A DNA stretch of 64,000 bases from Trypanosoma brucei. Lineage: Eukaryota. Made by a program: the position numbers and the translations under genes. Positions 12,116 to 21,507 of the stretch are shown piece after piece. Position 1 is the stretch's first letter; every line of letters starts with the position of its first letter. The notes beneath the pieces are model-generated. The model was not told the DNA's origin, made no database searches, and worked only from the letters and a program-made list of their open reading frames with translations. Location: contig CH464491.1 in assembly GCA_000002445.1 (NCBI GenBank), positions 128,001 through 192,000 on the forward strand, in the 5' to 3' direction.

Positions 12116-12958
12116 TTAGTTGTAGCGGCCGTTGTAACGTCCCCGGCCCCCACGGCCACGGCGAGGTCCGCGCATGTTTCCAACCATCTCACTTCCAAAT
12201 GTTTCGGCATCCGTTCGCTTCATCCCCTCACGGTCCAGTGGAGGCGCGCGGTCCTGCTGATCACAAGAAATCTTATCGAAGAAGTTGCTGCGGTCATACG
12301 CCTTGCTATGGTTCTTTGCATCCTCCTTAGCCTTTTCAAACTCGCTCTTCTTCTTTTCAAACTCTTCACGGCTTTTGATGAAATCGAAGTCGTCTTTAAA
12401 CTCCTCCTTGGCTGTGCCGGTGGCGGGATGGAAATCGCGGCCAGTGTGTGAGTCAACCCGTCGACCACTCCGGTACCCACCGCGGCCACCTCGCCTGTAG
12501 CCTCCGGAGTACATGTGCTGTTGTTTCTGGTGATGACCGGGTCCCATCGATGCGCCGCCGTGACGTTGTGGGCTCTGTGGCATCCTCATGTTGTTGTTAT
12601 TGTTGGAGTGGGCGTTGTTGTTGTTATTACCGCTGCTGGTGTTATTGTTATTGTTATTATTCCTTGCGGGAAGCGCAGTAACAACGGCAGGGTCCATCAT
12701 GGCGTTATGAGATTCCTCAAATACCGTCAGCTCCTCGATATCAGATCCACGGAATACAATCTGGTCAAAAAGCTGCTCAGCTGCGGGAACCTCAACTTGG
12801 CCCTTTTCCTTTGCACGACCTTCTGTACCGAAGACACGAACATTTGTCAAACTGACGGTATTCTTTGAGGCATCAATGTGACCCAAGGTACCCTCATAAC
12901 GAATCTGACTGTTCGTGATGAGGGTAATCGTACTTCCTATAGCACGTGTCGCAGCCAT
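12116..12958 (-). CDS. SCD6: LSm14/SCD6 (RAP55-family) translational repressor / P-body protein
   Basis: N-terminal Lsm14 domain (MAATRAIGSTITLITNSQIRYEGTLGHIDASKNTVSLTNVRVFGTEG), FDF motif (KDDFDFIKSREEFEKK) and RGG/RG-rich stretch (GGYRRGGRGGYRSGRR; C-terminal RGRGGRGRYNGRYN). Poly-Asn tract in the middle. The first codon in the track is GTG; ATG is the next codon. I found a 1-nt bookkeeping mismatch between the printed sequence and the track at the 5' end, so the start is +/-1. Confidence 0.9.
   Translation of the reverse strand: MAATRAIGSTITLITNSQIRYEGTLGHIDASKNTVSLTNVRVFGTEGRAKEKGQVEVPAAEQLFDQIVFRGSDIEELTVFEESHNAMMDPAVVTALPARNNNNNNNTSSGNNNNNAHSNNNNNMRMPQSPQRHGGASMGPGHHQKQQHMYSGGYRRGGRGGYRSGRRVDSHTGRDFHPATGTAKEEFKDDFDFIKSREEFEKKKSEFEKAKEDAKNHSKAYDRSNFFDKISCDQQDRAPPLDREGMKRTDAETFGSEMVGNMRGPRRGRGGRGRYNGRYN
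12591..12662 (-). repeat. Imperfect (GTT/ATT)n trinucleotide repeat encoding the poly-Asn tract of SCD6
   Basis: gttgttgttattgttggag...gttgttgttgttattacc...gttattgttattgttattatt on the plus strand, corresponding to NNNNNNNTSSGNNNNNAHSNNNNN. Confidence 0.85.
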
Positions 12959-13561
12959 CACGTCTGTCTGTCCTTTTATTTACTGATTGGTCAATAAAAT
13001 GGTGATGCAACTTACCGAACAAGACAAAATAAAAGGAAAAGTAGGTTCCCTTCACTTATATTATTATCAACTTTCAACACCCAGGTCTCCTCAATTGCTC
13101 TCTCTTCTTAACTTCTATAGTCTTCCGCTTGCAAAACGGTGCAAGTTTTAACTAATATTTCCCTTATACAATGCGCTTTCGAAATCTTCCAAGTAGAAGG
13201 TGGACGAAAAACAAAAATTGGCAGAGAAAACGTAGTGAATTTAAGATGCAGGTCAAACCGTGACAACACCATTTACGCGGCTAAGTCGGTCAAGCTTCTC
13301 ATTGCTCCGTAAGGCTGATGTAAATATGAATGCACGAACACGGTCACAAATATATATATATATGTATTTTTTACATGTACGCGCCCCTGTGCACAGCATC
13401 TTTAGGCCACAAGATTATTAAGTACAGTTGCAAGGCACATACCGGGTGGCACACACACAAAGCGTTCATGGTCACAAAGAAAGAGAAAGGGGAACTTACA
13501 CACTTAAGGAAAAATGACCCATGTCTTCTTCCAAAATATTCTACTATTGTGGATATGTTTG

Positions 13562-15121
13562 CTAGTCAGATGACATGATCGAGCGCACAATAGCCTCGAT
13601 CTGCTCATCAACCAGGTCCTCGTGAAGTATCACGCTATACAAAGCGCTTCCCACCACGTCGTGTATGTGCTTTGAGAATTTGTCAAGCGAAATACATGAA
13701 CCCGCGCTGCCTTCCCCATCCTCGCGACCCCGCTGGTTTTGCTGAACAGCTTCACGGCACAACAACTGCACAAGGCGGCAACAGTCCACGGCATTGGTGT
13801 TCTGCGCAACACCAAGGAGACGAAGGAATTTCAGCAACGTGAAATGTGTGCTGCGACGGGCCACGAGTCCCACGATGATTCTTCTTCTTGCTTCGAAATC
13901 CCAATCAGTCAACATAACCTTGACGGCTGTGGTTCCTAGCGTAATTTGATGACGACGGAGATTGTGAATGGCCTCGACGTCGTCATCGATCTCAACTACC
14001 AACCGGTTTTCATCAACTACATCAAGGCATCGTGACAAAATCTTCCCCGTGAGCTGCAGGTTTTTGGATACTAACGCCAGCAACTCACTACCCTCAGCTC
14101 GCACTGTCAGTTCACTATGATACAGTAGAGCGAACAGGGAGTCCAACAAAACCTGCGCGCTCCCGACGGGATCTTCTGGATTTATACCCACAACAGGGAC
14201 GGAGCCTGTATTTTCCGCATTATTAGCAGCCACAGAGTCCATGTATTTCTTCTCCCACGAGGTCTGATAGGTGCGTAATGTGCGTGCAGCGTACAGTGCA
14301 GCAGCAGCCGTTGTTTCTTCGTTGGGAAGGAGTCGTATGAGTCCAAGGTAAACAGGAGAGTTCAGCGAGCGGCTGCTCCCCTCACCAACCGCTAAGAACA
14401 GGGCGGAAAAAAGGTCAAGTATTTTTTCATCCTCTTCCCGACGCATTGCCTCTATAAGCAACTCTACACCATTTTCATCACAAATCATTTCACGGTAAAC
14501 ACGCCCCGCATTCGCGATGTACAGGAGCAGCAGTACAGCTTCCTGACGGTCCTCCACGCAAAGAGTCCCCGTGGCTAACGTGTCAGCAAGCGTCGTAGCT
14601 CCACCAACCTCTGCAAAGCAGGTTAGATAACGTACCCCCCGTATGAACACCGAAATCGCCGAAAGGACAGAACGGAGTCCGACGCCCAACTTGTAAGTTA
14701 GGCGCAGCCATGCTGTGATGCGTGTGAAGAAGAGAATAGAGGCATCACCAAGATCAACCTCTATTCGTCTACTGTTGCTCTCTGAGTGAAGAGTGAGGAA
14801 AGCCTCCAAAATCCTAAGTCTGACGCTACGGGACCCTCGGTCCCACTCCTGCAGCCAAACAGCCGCTCTCCTTCCCGCTAGCGTGGGACTCAACATAGCC
14901 TTCAAGGCCTCCTTCCGACGACCCTCCGTTTGTTGCACTCGCCAAACGCAAGGTTTGGTGTTCGACCTGGTTCCAGGAGAAACTTCGACAGGGGGAGAAA
15001 AGCCGTTCGCAGGCGACGGTTGTGAGCGTTCATTTAGTTCTAATTCCTCATCTACATCTGGTTCCTGTGGTGCTCCGATCCGTGGTTGCTTTCCCATCGC
15101 CACATCTTTCTTTGGTGGCAT
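13562..15121 (-). CDS. Hypothetical protein, predicted armadillo/HEAT-like alpha-helical repeat protein (519 aa)
   Basis: Genuine ATG at 15121 (MPPKKDV). Long ORF with leucine-rich helical repeats; no catalytic motif recognised. Confidence 0.7.
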   Translation of the reverse strand: MPPKKDVAMGKQPRIGAPQEPDVDEELELNERSQPSPANGFSPPVEVSPGTRSNTKPCVWRVQQTEGRRKEALKAMLSPTLAGRRAAVWLQEWDRGSRSVRLRILEAFLTLHSESNSRRIEVDLGDASILFFTRITAWLRLTYKLGVGLRSVLSAISVFIRGVRYLTCFAEVGGATTLADTLATGTLCVEDRQEAVLLLLYIANAGRVYREMICDENGVELLIEAMRREEDEKILDLFSALFLAVGEGSSRSLNSPVYLGLIRLLPNEETTAAAALYAARTLRTYQTSWEKKYMDSVAANNAENTGSVPVVGINPEDPVGSAQVLLDSLFALLYHSELTVRAEGSELLALVSKNLQLTGKILSRCLDVVDENRLVVEIDDDVEAIHNLRRHQITLGTTAVKVMLTDWDFEARRRIIVGLVARRSTHFTLLKFLRLLGVAQNTNAVDCCRLVQLLCREAVQQNQRGREDGEGSAGSCISLDKFSKHIHDVVGSALYSVILHEDLVDEQIEAIVRSIMSSD

Positions 15122-15468
15122 CCATACCTAACGTTTAAAAAATTGGCGTGACTCGGGAAGATAATAACAACACATAAAGGAATAGTAGAGCATCACAAAT
15201 GGATAAAATCAAACGTCTAAAAATGCAAACTCCCTAGCACATGGCAACCGATAGTTTGGGGGGGGGGGAGTATCATTTCTTGTCATTTCTTTTGGCATAT
15301 GCCTGATTTCACCCCACCCTAGCACCCCAGACACGGTTGAAACTGGTCCACACCACCCATGCATGAACACACGTACACAAAAAAAAAACGTCTCATCCCC
15401 GGTGAGCCGCCGCAATGGATACGCCACAAACCAAATCATCCGGAAGATAACCCATTGCCCTCATAAAG

Positions 15469-16032
15469 TCAACGTGTCGCAGCGCGTAGCATCCGCTTAA
15501 CCGGGCGAAAGGTCATGGAAATTACAAGCATGGCAATACCCGCCAAAAACAACACCAACATCCCAGCCTGGGCCTTAATGAGACGCCGCTGCCGCTTTGG
15601 GAGCAGCTGAAACTGAAGCCGCTGGCGGTCACTGTCAGAAGAGTGCGCCCGTAAGTAATACGGTGAAGCAGGATCTTTTAGCACCTCATGCGCCCTGAAG
15701 ACGCGGTCAACCATCTGCGCGTTGGGAGTGGGGCCATTTGGTCCATATTTTGCGCTCATCCGCTTAAAGGCCTCATCAATATCGTCGACAGTGCATGATT
15801 CATTGAGGCCAAGCACATCCAGAGGGTTGAATTGAGCTAGAAAGGCCTCCTGGTCACGCTTTCCCGGAATCTGAGCGAACTGCGTACGCACTTGAACCCT
15901 GAGAAACGTGGGGCCAAGTAGTGAAGCGACAGCGGACCGCCGCAATCTAACGCTCACAGTATGTGGGGCACGAAGGTACAAGGCACTAGGTGCACCGCGA
16001 AGCACGGTGACACGGGAACACGACCGATTCAT
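15469..16032 (-). CDS. J-like domain protein with degenerate HPD motif and C-terminal transmembrane anchor
   Basis: ATG at 16032. Central segment NPLDVLGLNESCTVDDIDEAFKRMSAKYGPNGPTPNAQMVDRVFRAHEVLKDP has J-domain helix II/III spacing but YGPNGP in place of HPD. Arg-rich N-terminus; hydrophobic C-terminal helix GMLVLFLAGIAMLVISMTF. Confidence 0.6.
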   Translation of the reverse strand: MNRSCSRVTVLRGAPSALYLRAPHTVSVRLRRSAVASLLGPTFLRVQVRTQFAQIPGKRDQEAFLAQFNPLDVLGLNESCTVDDIDEAFKRMSAKYGPNGPTPNAQMVDRVFRAHEVLKDPASPYYLRAHSSDSDRQRLQFQLLPKRQRRLIKAQAGMLVLFLAGIAMLVISMTFRPVKRMLRAATR

Positions 16033-16302
16033 GGAAACAAGCTCCTAACGATAAATGAAGACGGTGCACACTCTTGTACACAAAACTCAGAGACTTCAAT
16101 TCGTAGCCCCTGAACTACGCCCCACAGCGATAGATTAAGTTGTTACTACCCCCTGCGGCGTACTATGTACAAGAGAGTTGAAGGGCGAAGGTAGACAAAA
16201 ACGTAGCAGTAAGGATTCACGACAATTTACGCACTGAAACAAAGGAAAGAGAAAGCATCGTGAGTAAACGGTGACACGAAGGTTGCTGTACCGATAGGGC
16301 CG

Positions 16303-16330
16303 ACACACACATACACACACACACACGCAC
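16303..16330. repeat. (CA)n dinucleotide microsatellite
   Basis: acacacacatacacacacacacacgcac in the intergenic region between 16032 and 16550. Confidence 0.9.
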
Positions 16331-16549
16331 GTAGATACCTTCACTGAACTGCAAAGGAGGGAAGAAACCACGAGGTGGAGCAAAGCGATGAAAAAAAGGG
16401 AACACGCAAAAAAAATCCACAAAGACCCAATGACCACAGTTTTAAAAAATGCCGGGCACCATGCGAGCGACACAACACGCCAGTCTCACCTAGTGCAACA
16501 GCATGATGTGTTTTTTTCTCCTCTCTTCTGCGCTGTTTCCCTCTCCACC

Positions 16550-17131
16550 TTAGTCGTTTTCATAGAAAAGGATAGTTGGTTTCCGGCCATTCTTAAGTTC
16601 TGTGCTAACCAGGTCCCTGTCGAACAGTGCAATGAACTCCTCATTGTCGGCGCGGCTCTTATCTTGTGCATACCGTCTGTACTCCTCCAATATGCTAACC
16701 AAGTTCCAGCCCTGGAGTTTCCGCAGGCAGCCGCACACAATACCGGTGCGGTACCTGCCCATACTGCAAGTCAGCAAAAGAGGATAGCTGATGGGGTCAA
16801 TCAACTCATGCAGTATCCCTACAACAACAGGCTCCGAAAGCGTCATGCTCCCTCTATGATGACCAACTCCACTCATCTCAACGCAAGTGCGACTTGGGTG
16901 AGAATCATCGTGCAGCGGGCATACGGTGCGTATGTTGTTTTCGCGCAACCACTGAACAAATGCCTCGTCATGACTGTCCGTCAAGAGCACACAGGTGCGT
17001 AACTTAAGAGAAGCTAAGAAGCCGTAGTGACATGGCTCCGGCGCACCACATCGGTAGATGCGCTCCTCGACGTACCCAAAATTTGACGGTACTATCATGC
17101 TGCGCCAGTTGCAACTAAGAACTGACTCCAT
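16550..17131 (-). CDS. Atypical dual-specificity phosphatase of the PFA-DSP / Siw14-Oca (Y_phosphatase2) family
   Basis: CX5R P-loop CSMGRYRTG preceded by LLTCSMG, family-typical. The track start at 17191 is not ATG; the first ATG is at 17131 (cat 17129-17131, MESVLSCNW). Confidence 0.75.
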   Translation of the reverse strand: MESVLSCNWRSMIVPSNFGYVEERIYRCGAPEPCHYGFLASLKLRTCVLLTDSHDEAFVQWLRENNIRTVCPLHDDSHPSRTCVEMSGVGHHRGSMTLSEPVVVGILHELIDPISYPLLLTCSMGRYRTGIVCGCLRKLQGWNLVSILEEYRRYAQDKSRADNEEFIALFDRDLVSTELKNGRKPTILFYEND

Positions 17132-17373
17132 CGTGGGGGAAAACAGGAAGAAAAGAAGGAACACAAAAGCAAAGAGATTTTTGACGCGCAAAAGGTACTG
17201 TGACGGTGCTCAGTGACAAACACCCTCCCCTGCTGGAGTAGTTCTGCCATGAAGAGAAGAAGTTACTCCACCCATTGCGATGATAACAAAAGATTAAAAT
17301 GGGCAAGGGAGCGGTTTCCACAAATCGAGACAAGCCAAAACCGACGCAACCTGCTGTGAAACAGTCCCCATGT

Positions 17374-17976
17374 TTAGAAAGAAGGAAGCTTGGCACCAAA
17401 TTCTCCCTGTTGCCTCTGCCGCATTGCCGCATAGGGGTCGTGTCCGCCATCTGCCGCAACCTGTGTTTCGTGCATATCACGCTTCTCACGAATCCGCTCG
17501 TAACTCTCCTGTATTGCACACAGTGTGAGAGACATTTTCTTGTTTGTCTTAAGCTTTTCTCGCAACTTCATCATGAATTCGTCGTCATGCCCCGTGGACT
17601 CTGTCAGCACATTCATGTCTTTCGCCACACCACCCTCACGGCGAAGCGTCTCCACCCACTCAGCGTCATTTCGCATCTCCCGTTGGACCGCCTGCAGCCA
17701 CTTTTGATCGCAGCAAGCCTGCAAAACCTCGTGGTATAGTTGTGGGTTAAACATACGACCGCATGCAGTGGGATAAGGCGAATGCAACCCCACGCTACTG
17801 TGAAGGTGGTGACCGCGCCGTAACTCCCAACCAGGTGCCCCCTCTCCACCCGTCCCGTTACCGTGTCGCAGGGAATCATCTGTTGGTATCTGTCCCGGTA
17901 TAACACTCCGCTGCTGCAGGGCGATAAAAATACATGGAAGGTGCCCCCGAACGGTCCCTCCTAACGTGCGCCGCAT
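17374..17976 (-). CDS. Hypothetical protein (200 aa)
   Basis: ATG at 17976 with coding-like composition; no recognisable domain. The C-terminal half is helical/charged (KLREKLKTNKK...). Confidence 0.5.
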   Translation of the reverse strand: MRRTLGGTVRGHLPCIFIALQQRSVIPGQIPTDDSLRHGNGTGGEGAPGWELRRGHHLHSSVGLHSPYPTACGRMFNPQLYHEVLQACCDQKWLQAVQREMRNDAEWVETLRREGGVAKDMNVLTESTGHDDEFMMKLREKLKTNKKMSLTLCAIQESYERIREKRDMHETQVAADGGHDPYAAMRQRQQGEFGAKLPSF

Positions 17977-18961
17977 CGCTAAAGAAGCAAATTTAATATT
18001 TTATTCGGAATAACAAAGGCTAAGAAGGAGTTGGATTAAACGCGAGCGTTAGTCACCCCAATGCTCTCAAATAACAGTGGCTGGTTGCTTGCAGTAGGAA
18101 CGAATGGCACCATACGCTAACACTTTAGTTAAACGAAGCAACACCCCCTCCCCTCGGGGTTCGTATGAGGTACGAAAATCAACGGCACCCAAACCAAGAT
18201 CAGTCCCACGCGCCACCAGCCTAGCGGAACCGGCGAAATAGTGCTCCAAGGAACTTGCCCAAAGAGCAGGACAAAAAGAGCATAGATATCACTACTTCTT
18301 GGGTATTCTCCCTTCCCCCAATCTTGCAGGCACAAACATGATGCAACCAAATCTGAAGCATACAAATACACGTATATATGGAGCCGTTTTCGCTAATCAC
18401 ACTCAGACCCATTAACACCATCAGCATACACACAGAACCAACGAAAGGGTCATGCTGAACCGTCTGCCACCATTTACCACTATCTGGAGCGCTGTTCCGA
18501 CTGGAGCAGAGTGCTAGTGCCTGCGTGGCAGCCGATCCTCCTCGTGGCGTTGTCAGCTATTGACAAACTATTGAAAGAAAAACAAAGGTATGGGCAGAAT
18601 AGAAAGGTGTGAGCTCCAATAGACGGACCCAAGAAAGTGTTTGCAAAATATAGATAGACGTAAAACCCCTTCCACATTCCTACACCCTGTGTCAGGTAGT
18701 AACGACCACGCGATGCGCACAAGTAAAGTGCGTGCACACCATCAGCTGAAACGACATAACGACAAAAGAAAAGACAAAAATATATAAATATGTTCCTTCT
18801 TCCACTACTCCACACATTTCGCAACAACAAGAACAGTGTGTTACACCAACTCAGACCATTACGATTCTCCTATTATGGCATCGCCCACCCAAGTGTGTCC
18901 CTTTTCCACCATCCCGGACCGAAAGGAGGGGAGAAGGGGAGGGGTGCCCAATTGTTTCCTA

Positions 18962-19282
18962 CTACTTAGTGAAAGCTTCAGCAAGCTGCTGGAGCTCTGC
19001 GGGCACACCTTCAAGCTGACCTGGAGTGGTGGCCCTGACGCCTTGCTGCATCAGCTTGATGGAGTCCAGTGCCTGTTGCCTCTCAACGTTCTGCTGTCGA
19101 ACCTTGCGCTGATGCTCCACCCACAGCCGGTCGTTAGCACTTTTTTCAATGTAGCCCTTCTGTACTCCCAACCACGCCGCAAAGAAGTACGCCACGTTGC
19201 GCACCTGATGAAGTGTCTTTGGAGCTGCCTTAGCCGACATAAAGTGTGTGCAAGGCTTGTACCTAATTCCTTTTGGAGACAT
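18962..19282 (-). CDS. Small hypothetical protein (106 aa)
   Basis: Genuine ATG at 19282 (MSPKGIRYK). Balanced amino-acid composition and same orientation as the surrounding transcription unit; no motif recognised. Confidence 0.45.
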   Translation of the reverse strand: MSPKGIRYKPCTHFMSAKAAPKTLHQVRNVAYFFAAWLGVQKGYIEKSANDRLWVEHQRKVRQQNVERQQALDSIKLMQQGVRATTPGQLEGVPAELQQLAEAFTK

Positions 19283-20248
19283 GACAAAATTTCAACCGGA
19301 GAAACGCACCGAAAGAGCACCATACGCTCTGTTATCACAACAAAGATTTAAATAGCAGCCACGGATGATACTGAACGTGGAGGTAATGAAAGAAAGTGGC
19401 TCAAAAACGTCAGGTCTCACACACATGAATACATATACGATTTGGACCAAACGTGCAGATCGTAAATGAGCGTATCATCGATATATTCAACCATTAGCGA
19501 CGGACGCTTATCAAATAACTGGAGGAAGTCTTACGTAAGCAGAAGAATAGCGCCATTAAGCCAAACAACAGGGACAGGGTTACACAACCACAACACCTAC
19601 AATCGGGCTTGAACAACAACAAAAAAAGTTACTTCACGCTTACTCCCTCGAATTGGGAGGCGCCATCAACGAAGCCATCCGCGGGTGGCTCCCTAGTGCG
19701 GGAGCGGAAAGCTGCTGCGGGGATGTAAACGTCACTCTCAGTATGCACCTTACCCAACGCATTACCGCGGAAACAAACGTTTATGCACGCAATACCGCAA
19801 AGACAAACTGCGGCTCCCTTCAGTGATCGCTTCCACGAACCCGTCGCTTCTGTTCCCCCAAACCACGTCGCAGAGGCCGCCTCCCGATAAGCCACCTGGT
19901 GCGGGATCGAGCAGTAACCACCCACAACAGGTGCGCTCAGCCTCCTCATAAGCAGTTTTGCTATCCCACACGCACCCTCGACACTCCCCACTCTGTGATG
20001 TATATACCCTTCTTTTACAACAGCCTAAATCGAAAGAGAGGAGGGGAAGGAAAACAATACTTACAGTTGGCCATCTTTGTTGCAACCTTGTAGTTCCCGA
20101 GAGTCCCCAACAAACAATGGGGCACGGATTTCCGCCAATATGTGCTACAAATGAAACAAAAGAGGTAAGTTTACGCACGCTATGCACGTGTGTGGTGTCT
20201 AGTATACATCCCAGCTATCAGCGCCCACGTTGCACGTCACTAGGGATG

Positions 20249-21319
20249 CTACGCCAGTTTGAAGTTGTGTCGACTCATGCGACTTGGCTTCAACTCCACG
20301 CCAGGCCCGTAGCGGTCCTCTGGAACCGGGTCCAGTTTCTGTACCGGTCGTGTGAGTGTGGGCGCAGACTCTTCAATCGTATGAAAGGTACGACCAAATT
20401 TACTGCAATAAGTGGGAATATGGCCAGCGTAACCAGGTAGAAACCGTTTGTACATTTCCCCTGGAGGTCTTTCCTCACGACCGCGGATCCACTCGTCCTT
20501 ATTATCGCGGTCGGTATAATAATCAAACCCGCGTTCCCTCCGTTGAGTGAGAGGCAACACGGGAGGGAGAGCGGGGGCAACCTCATGTGGTGATTCCGGC
20601 GAAAACCTCACCATCGAGAGCCAATCTACAACCGATTCCTCGTCCCCAACTGCATTAAGAAGTATAGCAGCGAAAAAGTTCAAAACATCCCGGGGAGGCA
20701 CATATCCTTTGGGATATAGCGACGGAGTAAATACGGTTTGCAGCTCCACAAGTGCAGAGGCGATGACAGGCGATTCGCCTGCCTCCGGGGTTGCGCTCCT
20801 TGCAACCAGCGCCTCCTCGAGGGTGCGTCGCAGGACATCCAAAGGAATCATTGGCGCGGAGTCGTAATCAGTATACATTCCCATCAGCATGCTTATCTGC
20901 TCCTCCCGAAGGCATCTAAGAGGACACACAAGCTCAAGGAACTGGTCAACAATAAACCCTCCCTCGTCCGAGTAGGCTGCTCGAAGGGACTTGTGTTCCT
21001 CTGGAGTAAGCAAAACTCCACACTGAACCATAACCGACTTAAAGGTTACGGGATTGATGCGACGTCCTTTTTTGCTGTCATCGCTGTCTTTTTCTGTGCT
21101 CCTGTGCAGCATCTTCTCTAGATTCAGGTAACCAAACGCGCCCCCCCGCAGTAACAGATTGGTTACCTTCTTTAATATCGGGGCGTTCCGCTCCTTGTAG
21201 ATTATTATCTCCGTGGGGCTGAGAACGGCGTAGTCGAAACTCATATTTCCCTTTAAGATGATAGTAGATTCGATGGGGAAAAAATACATCCACGTGGTCA
21301 CGAAAAGCTTATGAATCAT
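20249..21319 (-). CDS. Conserved hypothetical protein (356 aa)
   Basis: ATG at 21319 and long ORF; no recognisable catalytic motif. Confidence 0.65.
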   Translation of the reverse strand: MIHKLFVTTWMYFFPIESTIILKGNMSFDYAVLSPTEIIIYKERNAPILKKVTNLLLRGGAFGYLNLEKMLHRSTEKDSDDSKKGRRINPVTFKSVMVQCGVLLTPEEHKSLRAAYSDEGGFIVDQFLELVCPLRCLREEQISMLMGMYTDYDSAPMIPLDVLRRTLEEALVARSATPEAGESPVIASALVELQTVFTPSLYPKGYVPPRDVLNFFAAILLNAVGDEESVVDWLSMVRFSPESPHEVAPALPPVLPLTQRRERGFDYYTDRDNKDEWIRGREERPPGEMYKRFLPGYAGHIPTYCSKFGRTFHTIEESAPTLTRPVQKLDPVPEDRYGPGVELKPSRMSRHNFKLA

Positions 21320-21507
21320 AAAATTGCCAACGGAACTCGTGAAATTTTTTTAGGAAACGTGAAAAAAAAAAGGTGGTGGAAAACATGCTCACACGAAAGG
21401 GAAACCACCCCCTCTTCACCGCCCTTCCCCACAACTCGTTACACGTTACTCCTTCCAGAAACACAGCAAGAACACAAACAACACAGAGGCTGGCAACCAA
21501 ATAGTGC

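Noticed and set aside
12116-12961. Apparent 1-nt frame inconsistency between the printed sequence and the ORF-track coordinates at the 5' end of SCD6
   Set aside because: Most likely my own position bookkeeping in a repetitive stretch. The protein translation is continuous and convincing, so I did not call a frameshift or pseudogene.
16388-17002. 204-aa plus-strand ORF antisense to the PFA-DSP phosphatase gene
   Set aside because: It fully overlaps a confident minus-strand gene with recognisable motifs. It lies in a GC-rich region where long antisense ORFs arise by chance, and its product shows no recognisable domain.
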